IMG/VR virus record: IMGVR_UViG_3300025666_000002
Location: 76,788-140,787 of that record
From: a virus
Reading direction: 5' to 3' (one strand)
DNA: 64,000 nt
Shown: positions 38,377 to 46,504 of the stretch, piece by piece
How positions within the stretch are numbered: position 1 is the stretch's first letter
How the letters are laid out: each line of letters opens with the position of its first letter
Program-made: the position numbers and the translations under genes
Notes under the pieces: generated by a model
Databases searched by the model: none
What the model was told of the DNA's origin: nothing
Seen by the model: the letters and a program-made list of their open reading frames with translations, nothing else

Positions 38377-39178
38377 TGTTTTGTTTTATCTTTTCTATAT
38401 ATTCTAACTGCTCTTCGTTTAATTCTGGGTAAGAAGCATGTATTTTTACTAAGAGAGATCCCCTTTGTTCTGTGCCGTAAACTGGGTAGCCTTTCTCTTT
38501 AAGTCTTAATGTCTTTTCTGGGTAAGTACCTCTTGGTATCTTTAGGCTGATCAAGCCTTCTGGTGTTTCTAGTGGAATTGAACAGCCTAACATAATATCA
38601 TACCATGGTAGGGTTTTCTCTAGCCAGATGTCGTTGCCTTGCATAATAAACCTACTGTCTGAGATAACATGGATCTCGACTACAAGGTCTCCGTTCGGTA
38701 GGCTTGTGTTAAGTTGATGTGGATAGCCTTTGCCGGCTATTCTGAAACGCTGGCCTGTTTTTAGACCAGGTTTAAACGTCATTCGGATGCTCTGCCCGTT
38801 AACGTCAAAAGTTTTAGTTGTGCCATGAAATGCTTCATCAAATGAAACATGGATCTGGACTCTAATGTCTTGTCCTTTTTGTCTTCTCTGTTGGTTGTTG
38901 AACGCATTGCCAAAGACCTGATCGAACATGTCGGACATGCTGTAACGATCCTGTTGGTTATGCCGCGCAAAGAAGTCTTGTTGCCTTCGTTGATTATCAT
39001 AATTTGCTCGCTTATTTTCGTCACCAATAGCTCCGTATGCTTCGGCGATCTCTTTAAATTTTACATCATCGCCACCACTAATATCCGGGTGATATTCCTT
39101 GCTTAGTTTACGATAAGCCTTCTTGATTTCATCCTGTGTTGCATTCTCGCTAACACCTAATGTATCGTAGTAGCTCAC
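38369..39178 (-). CDS. DnaJ-class chaperone (type II, CbpA-like)
   Basis: J domain with HPD, C-terminal DnaJ domain, no zinc finger. Confidence 0.92.
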   Translation of the reverse strand: MSYYDTLGVSENATQDEIKKAYRKLSKEYHPDISGGDDVKFKEIAEAYGAIGDENKRANYDNQRRQQDFFARHNQQDRYSMSDMFDQVFGNAFNNQQRRQKGQDIRVQIHVSFDEAFHGTTKTFDVNGQSIRMTFKPGLKTGQRFRIAGKGYPHQLNTSLPNGDLVVEIHVISDSRFIMQGNDIWLEKTLPWYDIMLGCSIPLETPEGLISLKIPRGTYPEKTLRLKEKGYPVYGTEQRGSLLVKIHASYPELNEEQLEYIEKIKQNNG

Positions 39179-39387
39179 TGGCTTTTAAAGTTTGGTCTAA
39201 CTTTTATTACCTTGTCTTCGTTAATCGGCATGTCTTCACGAAGATCGCTGCGTAGTTTCTTTTCCTGTAGCTTACTAACTTTCTCGTCACGCTTAAGCTT
39301 CTTCTCTTCAATTACATTTTGTTTATCAAGAGCATCTGCAATGCGTTTAAGTTGAGCTGCTATATCTTTAGCTGTCTTTTCTTCCAT
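39175..39387 (-). CDS. hypothetical coiled-coil protein
   Basis: LKRIADALD. Confidence 0.6.
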   Translation of the reverse strand: MEEKTAKDIAAQLKRIADALDKQNVIEEKKLKRDEKVSKLQEKKLRSDLREDMPINEDKVIKVRPNFKSQ

Positions 39388-40030
39388 GTCTATTCTTTAT
39401 TAGATCTGAGTCTCCGTTTTGAAAGTCTTGGTATGGTAATGACTTATCTTTCTGGCCTTGTTGTGGCCCATTTATCATTATAACATCCTTATGTGGATTT
39501 GTTTCACCGATCCTGCTTCTAAGCCAGTCGTCAAGGTCTTGGATTGAGCCTTGGAAATGTCTGATCTTCATCAGTCTATCGTCTTCATCTTTAAGGTCTG
39601 CTCTGGCTTCGGTTTCATCTACTTTATAGACTCTCTTGATAAATGCATTGATGTCCTTCTTGTCGTAGCCAAGCAGATCACCAACGTATCTTGCCTCTTC
39701 TGGCGTATCATCACTTAAATACCCACCCTTCTTCTCTGCATAGTCTGCAAGTTTCTGAGCAGCCTTCTTGTTGTTCTTGTACATTACCCAAGCCCTACCA
39801 TCAGGTTTACCTTTAACTTCAATTGCTTTAAGTCCATTATCTAGACCATGTTGCATTGCCTCTAGTTCACTCTCGTTATTAGGTCGATAAATCGGAGCAT
39901 CCATTGTTGAAATAAATGCAAGTTCTCTTTTACCGTCAATCACAGTCTGAACGCCTTCCATTGTATCGTAGGCTTCAGATGCTTTAATTTTTTCGGCAAC
40001 AAATTGTTCAAAGAGTTTTATGTATTTCAT
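39368..40030 (-). CDS. hypothetical protein with capsid-targeting-like N-terminus
   Basis: MKYIKLFEQFVAE; GDLLGY motif. Confidence 0.7.
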   Translation of the reverse strand: MKYIKLFEQFVAEKIKASEAYDTMEGVQTVIDGKRELAFISTMDAPIYRPNNESELEAMQHGLDNGLKAIEVKGKPDGRAWVMYKNNKKAAQKLADYAEKKGGYLSDDTPEEARYVGDLLGYDKKDINAFIKRVYKVDETEARADLKDEDDRLMKIRHFQGSIQDLDDWLRSRIGETNPHKDVIMINGPQQGQKDKSLPYQDFQNGDSDLIKNRHGRKDS

Positions 40031-40034
40031 ATCT

Positions 40035-40292
40035 TTAATCGTTTTCTATAGTTGCGAGTTTTGTATAATATTTAGGATCCTCAAAAAGGTGATCTCTTGC
40101 TATTTCCATCGCTACTTTTTTATCATTAGTATGTTCCATCTCAACTGAGATTCCTTTTTCATACTCAGTATCTAGTTCGTCTAGATCTACTTCATGTTTT
40201 TTAGCAATATCCTCTAATGACATATTCCCAGATATTCCTCCTGAAATTACTTCCTCATTAATAAATTCTTCAAATAGTTTTATATGTTTCAT
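40035..40292 (-). CDS. DUF5661-like protein with capsid-targeting-like N-terminus
   Basis: MKHIKLFEEFINEE; GISVEMEHT...IARDHLFEDPKYYTKL. Confidence 0.75.
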   Translation of the reverse strand: MKHIKLFEEFINEEVISGGISGNMSLEDIAKKHEVDLDELDTEYEKGISVEMEHTNDKKVAMEIARDHLFEDPKYYTKLATIEND

Positions 40293-40294
40293 AG

Positions 40295-40798
40295 TTATTG
40301 TGATTTTTCAAGCTTCCATGATTTTACACTCTTCTTAGCATTAAAGATAATAAGAGCATCAAGATCTTCTTGAAAGTCTCGAGGGTCGTAATCGGAATAG
40401 ATAGCTCCGGCAAATCCGTTTTTAATTAATAGCTTGGTTCCGTCTAGTCCCATTACAATTTCAGCAGATGGATTACCAACAATTTCATTCACCCACTCGT
40501 CTGCATCTAATCCATTATCTTGAAATAGTTTTTGGATTCTATCTTCAAAGACATCACAAATCTTTCCGATAATCTTCGCAGAATATTGATTGGCTCCTCC
40601 GTTTTCTATCATATTAACATACCATCCATCGTCTGAATGTTCCTTCTCTAAGGCAAACCACATCGGTCTGGTATTAAGAGCCTTGATAGGTTCTCCAGCA
40701 ACATGATATACTTTACCGGTTACTTTTTCATTTTTAATGTAAGGACTTTGATAGTTCTCTTCATTAACGAATTGTTCAAATAGTTTTATGTATTTCAT
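40295..40798 (-). CDS. putative ADP-ribosyltransferase-fold protein with capsid-targeting-like N-terminus (start 40798)
   Basis: MKYIKLFEQFVNEE; VYH...WFA...GFAGAIY...LIIFN pattern like ART domains of phage polyvalent proteins. Confidence 0.45.
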   Translation of the reverse strand: MKYIKLFEQFVNEENYQSPYIKNEKVTGKVYHVAGEPIKALNTRPMWFALEKEHSDDGWYVNMIENGGANQYSAKIIGKICDVFEDRIQKLFQDNGLDADEWVNEIVGNPSAEIVMGLDGTKLLIKNGFAGAIYSDYDPRDFQEDLDALIIFNAKKSVKSWKLEKSQ

Positions 40799-40914
40799 GA
40801 TCCGTAGCAGCAACCGTTTTTACAAGAGTCACAATCACACTGACAGTGGCATCCATTTGTAGTACAAGATTCGTTACAAGTACAGTTTTCGCATTCACAA
40901 TTTTTACAAGCCAT
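40795..40914 (-). CDS. metallothionein-like Cys-rich peptide (39 aa)
   Basis: MACKNCECENCTCNESCTTNGCHCQCDCDSCKNGCCYGS, 13 Cys; GATATATA upstream; ATGA overlap with next gene; not in ORF track. Confidence 0.75.
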   Translation of the reverse strand: MACKNCECENCTCNESCTTNGCHCQCDCDSCKNGCCYGS

Positions 40915-40944
40915 GATTAGTAAGTTTTATTTTATATATCAAAG

Positions 40945-40971
40945 AAAAAAGCCAGCTCTAAAGCTGGCTTT
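40945..40971 (-). terminator. intrinsic terminator
   Basis: AAAGCCAGCT-ttag-AGCTGGCTTTTTT. Confidence 0.75.
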
Positions 40972-41014
40972 CCGGGGCCCGCACCACTGCGGTGAAATAT
41001 AAGTGATACGCAGT

Positions 41015-41317
41015 TTATATATCTAGCTTGACTGTGTCTGTTACTTTGTCTAACTCTTTTTTAATGACAATACATTTTTCAAAGTCTTCGTCCTCTTCAA
41101 AGTGCTTAAGCATAATATCGAGAGTCTGTTGTAGTGAGACAAGCTCATCGTTCTCCATATTACGTAGATGCCATTCACCAAGACCATTCTTCTCAAGCTG
41201 TTTGTAGTTCTGTTCAATAGCCTCGAGCATCATGCGTTCTCGGTATTCCTCTAGTTTGGCTTCGAAAGCACCGTTGCTCTCTTCCATAAAATCTTCAAAG
41301 TTAAAATCGTCTTCCAT
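41015..41317 (-). CDS. small acidic protein with C-terminal UVR-like motif
   Basis: HFEEDEDFEKCIVIKKELD. Confidence 0.6.
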   Translation of the reverse strand: MEDDFNFEDFMEESNGAFEAKLEEYRERMMLEAIEQNYKQLEKNGLGEWHLRNMENDELVSLQQTLDIMLKHFEEDEDFEKCIVIKKELDKVTDTVKLDI

Positions 41318-41318
41318 A

Positions 41319-41498
41319 TTATTGCTCTGTTTTAAATTCTCGTTGATAAACTGCGTGGATGTCCTCTAGATTATTTATCGGATATGCTGAGCGGTCCGAA
41401 GTGTAAGCTACTGTTACATCATCATATGCTTCAATAGCCTCGATCTGAACGATCGATTTTGTGCCCTGTGGTATTACCCAATCGTTTACTTTAAACAT
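41319..41498 (-). CDS. hypothetical 59-aa protein MFKVNDWVIPQG...
   Basis: directly downstream of promoter repeat; below ORF-track cutoff. Confidence 0.6.
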   Translation of the reverse strand: MFKVNDWVIPQGTKSIVQIEAIEAYDDVTVAYTSDRSAYPINNLEDIHAVYQREFKTEQ

Positions 41499-41514
41499 AA
41501 TCTTAGTCTTATCT

Positions 41515-41586
41515 TTAATTGCAGTGTAAATATAATAAAAAAGATTGACATAAAAAAATGCTGGGCCAACTTTTTTGACCCAGCAT
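41515..41586 (-). promoter_or_regulatory. class I promoter repeat copy 6 with overlapping terminator of the Hsp20 gene
   Basis: ATGCTGGGTCAA...TTGGCCCAGCAT-TTTTTT then GTCAATCTTTTTTATTATATTTACACTGCAATTAA. Confidence 0.7.
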
Positions 41587-41595
41587 CAAAGTTTT

Positions 41596-41949
41596 TTAGA
41601 GAATGTTGACCTTAGTCACTTTCTCTGATTTGCCCATTGTGAGTTCTAGAAGCCCGTTCTCGAGTTTAGCATCGATCTGCTCAGCGTCAACTTCATCCGG
41701 TAGCTCGTAGACTTTCTTGAAAGACGTCTTAAAGTAAGTTGTGTCTTCTTTTGCAATTTCGGCTGCGATCGTTAGCGTGCGGCCTTCGACTTCTACCGAG
41801 ACATCTTCTTTCGTGTAGCCTGGTAGAGCCAGCTCAACCAGCAAGTTAGAGTCTTTCTTAGTCACCTTTGGTGAACCATAGTTTAAGTTGAAGTTGTCTA
41901 GGACTTCGAATCCGTTCCATAGTAGGTCTTCAAAAATTGTTCTTCTCAT
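41596..41949 (-). CDS. small heat-shock protein Hsp20
   Basis: LPGYTKEDVSVEVEGRTLTI, FKKVYELP, AKLENGLLEL. Confidence 0.92.
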   Translation of the reverse strand: MRRTIFEDLLWNGFEVLDNFNLNYGSPKVTKKDSNLLVELALPGYTKEDVSVEVEGRTLTIAAEIAKEDTTYFKTSFKKVYELPDEVDAEQIDAKLENGLLELTMGKSEKVTKVNIL

Positions 41950-42083
41950 TGTACTTAAGTTTTATTTTGTTAAAGTTAAGTGGGCGTTAACGCCCATACA
42001 ACACTATATGTTCAAATAGTATACCAAACTAAAAAGTCACCACTTTTGTCATATTTTTATGCGCAGCAGTGACAACCTGTCAT

Positions 42084-42293
42084 TTATACAGCTTCCCTCT
42101 CTACTTTAACGCCGTTGATATGTGTTAGGCCTACAGACTTCCAAGTAAACATCTTAGTGTACTTGTCAAGCAATTCCCATGCTTCTTTTTCATCAGTGGC
42201 TTCAACAGTACAGTCGTCGAAGTCGAAGTCATTGTAACCAGGTACGAAACGTACTCCTTGGAAATAGTACTTGTTCTTTTCTAAATTTGCCAT
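42084..42293 (-). CDS. hypothetical protein
   Basis: 69-aa ORF. Confidence 0.6.
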   Translation of the reverse strand: MANLEKNKYYFQGVRFVPGYNDFDFDDCTVEATDEKEAWELLDKYTKMFTWKSVGLTHINGVKVEREAV

Positions 42294-42311
42294 AATATAT
42301 TTAAGTGTTTA

Positions 42312-42623
42312 TTAATTTTCTACTCTGTCATGAACGCTGATTGGTGAATCTGATGGGAAACGGCTATCTGACGTGTATATAAAGTTTCCGCCGGCCATTG
42401 AATGTTGACCTCTCTTATAGATCTCAACCGGAACTGCGTGTAAATGTTTCTTGCCCCAAAGCACTCGCTCAATTAAGATAAGTGAATCTTCTGCTAGTTT
42501 GTCGATAACCTCATTGTCAAGTTGATCGTAATAAAGGTCAAGCCTGTCATGTTTGCTGGTAAGACCCATGTTGGTGCAGTCACCAAGTACATTCTTGTAG
42601 ACGTATGTCGATACTTTGTTCAT
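42312..42623 (-). CDS. conserved phage hypothetical protein
   Basis: DCTNMGLTS...MAGGNFIYTSDSRF...HDRVE. Confidence 0.75.
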   Translation of the reverse strand: MNKVSTYVYKNVLGDCTNMGLTSKHDRLDLYYDQLDNEVIDKLAEDSLILIERVLWGKKHLHAVPVEIYKRGQHSMAGGNFIYTSDSRFPSDSPISVHDRVEN

Positions 42624-42636
42624 CTTTGTTTAAGTT

Positions 42637-42701
42637 TTAATTACAGTACAAATATAAACAAAAAATCTGACACTGGAAAACTTTTTGGCAATTATTTTGC
42701 A
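42637..42701 (-). promoter_or_regulatory. class I promoter repeat copy 7
   Basis: contains TATATTTG (TAnnTTTG). Confidence 0.8.
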
Positions 42702-43540
42702 GAAAAGTCAACTGGCTCAACGCCAATCTTATCTCCATTTCGAATAGTCTTTAGTAAGATTACTTCAATTGGGTTCTGTCGTTGATTAAACATTTTAGCT
42801 TGGTGCTTAATGATATTCAAGTGCTCCGGAGTATAACCACCGGCTAAGATTACAATCTTCTTAAGAGTTGGTATAATCTCGGTGTCGAACGGGTATCTCA
42901 GTAGTGACTTTGAAAGGTGCTCGTCGTCTAAGAAGTTTCCATTCTGAATTCCACTCTGACACTCGTAGATTGAGATTGGTTTACCATTCTCGTCGATCTC
43001 TACACCGTCTATTCGCCCAGCGTCCTCTATCGGCCATTCAGCGTCCATCTGTTCTAACTTCATGTCAGTTGCTTTACAAACTATGTTCATGAACCTCGGG
43101 CCGACTGTGGTCATCCTTTCATGTGCATTACTAAAGTTACTGCCTTCGAAGATGACTCCATTTTGATTTGAGCTTGAGCCTCTACCTTTAGCCGGCTTTT
43201 CAAGTTCAATCTCCATATCTAACATCCAGTCAACAAGTGACAAGAAAGCATCAACTGTTGGTGGCTTAATATCCACCCAGTTTTTTAGAACGTTTACAGC
43301 ATCAGCTTCGAATAATTCTGCAACATAGGCACCAAGATGTTGAATATCTTCGGTTGAATTGCTGTAGCCGAGCCGCATTGTTGCGTCACCAATCTGCCAT
43401 TCAACTTTAACGCCATTGATGTAAGTGTAAAGGTTGTTCTCACCGCGACTTAGATTAGCATCAAGACCACGGCTTTCTAATATCTCTGAGACATCTTCAA
43501 TGTTGTCTCGCATAAATGTTACTACTTCTTGTTTTGTCAT
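42692..43540 (-). CDS. hypothetical protein with possible PD-(D/E)xK nuclease-like C-terminal domain
   Basis: EWPIEDAGRIDGV...IYECQ. Confidence 0.45.
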   Translation of the reverse strand: MTKQEVVTFMRDNIEDVSEILESRGLDANLSRGENNLYTYINGVKVEWQIGDATMRLGYSNSTEDIQHLGAYVAELFEADAVNVLKNWVDIKPPTVDAFLSLVDWMLDMEIELEKPAKGRGSSSNQNGVIFEGSNFSNAHERMTTVGPRFMNIVCKATDMKLEQMDAEWPIEDAGRIDGVEIDENGKPISIYECQSGIQNGNFLDDEHLSKSLLRYPFDTEIIPTLKKIVILAGGYTPEHLNIIKHQAKMFNQRQNPIEVILLKTIRNGDKIGVEPVDFSAK

Positions 43541-43548
43541 ATTGCTCT

Positions 43549-43612
43549 TTAGTTACAGTACAAATATAAACAAAAAGATTGACACTAGAAAACTTTTATG
43601 AACTTTTTTGCA
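43549..43612 (-). promoter_or_regulatory. class I promoter repeat copy 8
   Basis: near-identical core, TATATTTG. Confidence 0.8.
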
Positions 43613-43624
43613 GTTATAAAACAT

Positions 43625-43936
43625 TTACCCATGTGTTCCATCAATAATTGATATACCATGATGAATACCAGAAATTAAATCATCTTTTTCATAACCCAAT
43701 TTATCATCATCTATGTACTCACCAATATTTAAACCAATATCATTCCCTAAGTCACTCAAATCCCCATTAAATTTAATATAAACATCTAATCCAATTTTTA
43801 TAATGTTAGTATCAGAGTTTTTATGTAGTAACCTCTCACATAATTTATTAAAGTCGTCATTATTCAAGAAATGATAATTCCCTTTAAACATAACACTATT
43901 TATGTTTGTATTTATTTTTTCAATTTTATTTTTCAT
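43625..43936 (-). CDS. hypothetical protein, very AT-rich
   Basis: 103-aa ORF with composition unlike neighbours. Confidence 0.6.
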   Translation of the reverse strand: MKNKIEKINTNINSVMFKGNYHFLNNDDFNKLCERLLHKNSDTNIIKIGLDVYIKFNGDLSDLGNDIGLNIGEYIDDDKLGYEKDDLISGIHHGISIIDGTHG

Positions 43937-43987
43937 ATTTTTATTTTAAAACGTTTTATAACAATGTATATGATTAACTTCACTTTG

Positions 43988-44737
43988 TTAGAAAGGAGCG
44001 CCATCTACAATCCCCATGCCAGCAAAACGTAGCATTAGATTTGCAGTCGCTTCAATATCCTTCTCACAGTAGTCTTTAATACGTTCATTGTTACCACCTT
44101 CCCAGTAAGACTGGTTAACTTGATAGCCTGCCATATCATCTTTTGGTGTTGGAATATCAAGTACTTCTGCAATCAAGCCTAAGCGAGCCGAACCAGACCA
44201 ATTACCGAACTTCCAAACTTCTTGCGTGTCGATTAAGCAGTTCTCCCATGGTTTTTGTTTATGTAGATGAAAACTACGAATGACCGGTACTCGGTGTACT
44301 AAAGCTCTCTTAATGATATAAGGTAGATCGAAGCCTTTTACGTTGTGGCCAACCCATTTCATATCTGGGTATTTTTGCATAATAGCTCCAGCAGTCTTCA
44401 TAAAGTCTTTCATGATCTGAGCCTCGTCGTCGCCGTAGAATGATTTGGCACTAAAAGAGGTTGGCATGCCAGTCTCGTCAAACTTAATCTGACCAATTGA
44501 GATACAGACGATCTTACCCCATTCTGGAAAGAGGCCTGCCATGCGTGGCCACATTTCGTGATAGTCCTTAATCTCAGCAAGCTCTGTTCTGTTTTGCTCT
44601 TTTAAGTAAGTAGTCTTCTCTTTCCAATAGTCTTCGAGCCTTGGATTCTGATCAGCAAGCTCTTGAAATGTTTCGGTCTGTGTGGTGGTCTCAATATCGA
44701 TGAAGACCATTTTCTTAAGTTCGTCTAACGTATACAT
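43988..44737 (-). CDS. DEDD 3'-5' exonuclease (PolB-exonuclease-like)
   Basis: FIDIET, GHNVKGFDLPYI, KPWE, DT.EVWKFG, YCEKD. Confidence 0.88.
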   Translation of the reverse strand: MYTLDELKKMVFIDIETTTQTETFQELADQNPRLEDYWKEKTTYLKEQNRTELAEIKDYHEMWPRMAGLFPEWGKIVCISIGQIKFDETGMPTSFSAKSFYGDDEAQIMKDFMKTAGAIMQKYPDMKWVGHNVKGFDLPYIIKRALVHRVPVIRSFHLHKQKPWENCLIDTQEVWKFGNWSGSARLGLIAEVLDIPTPKDDMAGYQVNQSYWEGGNNERIKDYCEKDIEATANLMLRFAGMGIVDGAPF

Positions 44738-44754
44738 GTAAATCCCTTTAAATA

Positions 44755-44810
44755 AAAAACGCCTAGTGTGAACTAGACGTTTATTATATGAGATTAATCA
44801 TTCTTGTTTC
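44755..44810 (-). promoter_or_regulatory. class II promoter GAAAC-N17-TATAAT followed by terminator hairpin
   Basis: promoter 44783-44810; AAACGTCTAGT-tcac-ACTAGGCGTTTTT. Confidence 0.6.
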
Positions 44811-44901
44811 TTAACCAGCGCCAGATGATGCCGATTAATGTGTTTGCTTTGTAGCGTTTACCTTTATGGTTTAATAGGTAGTTTTTCTTCTCTTTATTCA
44901 T
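44794..44901 (-). CDS. possible 35-aa basic peptide MNKEKKNYLLNHKGKRYKANTLIGIIWRWLRNKND
   Basis: fills gap after 44912..45139; A-rich leader. Confidence 0.45.
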   Translation of the reverse strand: MNKEKKNYLLNHKGKRYKANTLIGIIWRWLRNKND

Positions 44902-44911
44902 AATGTTAGTT

Positions 44912-45139
44912 TTATGCCCAACCTTCCCAATCGCGATATGATCTTAGATGTGTATAAGATTCATATGGTAGTGAAACTAACACATAGCCTCCGGAAATAG
45001 AGTATGGCAAGTTCTGCTCATTTAGCCAATACGGCGGAGCCTCGTCTATTCTCTCATTCAAGAAGTCGAACATTTCGTCAATTTGCATGTGGTGTACCCA
45101 CACGTTTATGATTATACAGTTCATGTTAGCTTCTGCCAT
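44912..45139 (-). CDS. hypothetical protein
   Basis: 75-aa ORF. Confidence 0.6.
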   Translation of the reverse strand: MAEANMNCIIINVWVHHMQIDEMFDFLNERIDEAPPYWLNEQNLPYSISGGYVLVSLPYESYTHLRSYRDWEGWA

Positions 45140-45140
45140 C

Positions 45141-46073
45141 TTATTCTTCGATTGAAAACCTCTTTGGGTCTGATTTTATTGTTTCTTTAATGTCTAAATC
45201 TATATACTCGTCTACTTTAGCCTCAGCTTCTTTACTCAGTGGCTTACCGTAGTAGTCTTCGTACAGCTTCTTGTAATACAAGCCCATTACACCAAATGGA
45301 ACTCCTGGTTCGCTAGACATTTCAACGATCCAAGGTTTATCATCTTGATCTACCATCACATCCATGGTGTAAATATCAAGATCGGTGTGTTTGTCATAGA
45401 ACTCTTTAAAAACACTAAGCCAGCTCTCAGGTACCGACTTCTGCTTTAAGACATAGTTGAACTTTAACTTGTCGTCAGCTGCTTTAGTCATGTTCTTAGT
45501 ATCATCGTTTGCAGCCACTCTCTGCACCCACATGATAGGTTCTCCACGCCAAACAAAGATTCTATGCTCTTCTTTAATATCGATCTTCTCGTTAAAGACT
45601 GTAAACTTAGTTAGGTCAGCCCCTTCACAATCCTCAAGTTTATCGAACTTGACAATGCCCAGTCCAGAATATCTGTTGTCGGGCTTTGCAATGATCGGAA
45701 ACTTAAGTTGATCTAGATCTTTCGGATCTGAAACAGTCTTCGGTACATAGTCTGAATCCTCGTGTAACTCGTGCCACTCCTTCTTAGAAGCTACTCCCAT
45801 CTTAGCGTCATACTTATTGTAGATCAGCTTCTCGTCGTAGCCTGTTTTCGTTAGCCTTTCGGTGTGGATGTTACAGTAGTTCAAGACTGGACCTGAAACC
45901 GATTTCGGATCGTCATCTTTCGTAAAGATCTTAAAGTACTCTTTCACGTGATAACCTTCTAGATTGATATATCTATGGTCATGATTAGATTGCGCGACTG
46001 CACAAGTGATCTGCTTTAGCTCATCCTGTACTGCCTCTACAATAAAATCGTTATAAGTACTTACCTTCTTCAT
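45141..46073 (-). CDS. ATP-grasp ligase (RimK-like) with capsid-targeting-like N-terminus
   Basis: FPIIAKP...SGLGI, EHRIFV, DVMVD, VEMSSEPG; MKKVSTYNDFIVE; GATATATA upstream. Confidence 0.75.
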   Translation of the reverse strand: MKKVSTYNDFIVEAVQDELKQITCAVAQSNHDHRYINLEGYHVKEYFKIFTKDDDPKSVSGPVLNYCNIHTERLTKTGYDEKLIYNKYDAKMGVASKKEWHELHEDSDYVPKTVSDPKDLDQLKFPIIAKPDNRYSGLGIVKFDKLEDCEGADLTKFTVFNEKIDIKEEHRIFVWRGEPIMWVQRVAANDDTKNMTKAADDKLKFNYVLKQKSVPESWLSVFKEFYDKHTDLDIYTMDVMVDQDDKPWIVEMSSEPGVPFGVMGLYYKKLYEDYYGKPLSKEAEAKVDEYIDLDIKETIKSDPKRFSIEE

Positions 46074-46084
46074 AGACTATATAT

Positions 46085-46501
46085 CTACGAAGGAAAGACT
46101 TCGATTTTGCGTTCTTCTTCTACTAGATCGTCCCAAACACCAACGTAGCGAGTACCTCTGACAATATGGTTGTCAATCCAGTGATAGTTACCGCCTCTTG
46201 GCTTATTCATTAGTAGACCATGGTACTTAAAGCCGTGTTTTTCTAACCAAGCCTCAGTTACCACTCTATGTTCTTCAGTTCTGCTGGTAAAGAAGGTAAT
46301 GATATGACCTTCATCATACCATTTGTTTAAGGTCTCTCTTGCGTCTGGATAAGGCAAGCATGTTGCCATTCTCGCAGGTTCTTCGTTCGGTACATCTTCT
46401 GTAATTGTACCATCAATGTCGATTAAGTAATTCTTTACCCATTCCGGTAGTATCGGGCTAGCGTTCTTGCCCAATTCGTCTTGTACTCTTTCTAAATTCA
46501 T
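46085..46501 (-). CDS. HAD-superfamily phosphatase (LNS2-like)
   Basis: IDIDGTI, FTSR, KPRGG, WIDN. Confidence 0.8.
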   Translation of the reverse strand: MNLERVQDELGKNASPILPEWVKNYLIDIDGTITEDVPNEEPARMATCLPYPDARETLNKWYDEGHIITFFTSRTEEHRVVTEAWLEKHGFKYHGLLMNKPRGGNYHWIDNHIVRGTRYVGVWDDLVEEERKIEVFPS

Positions 46502-46504
46502 ATA

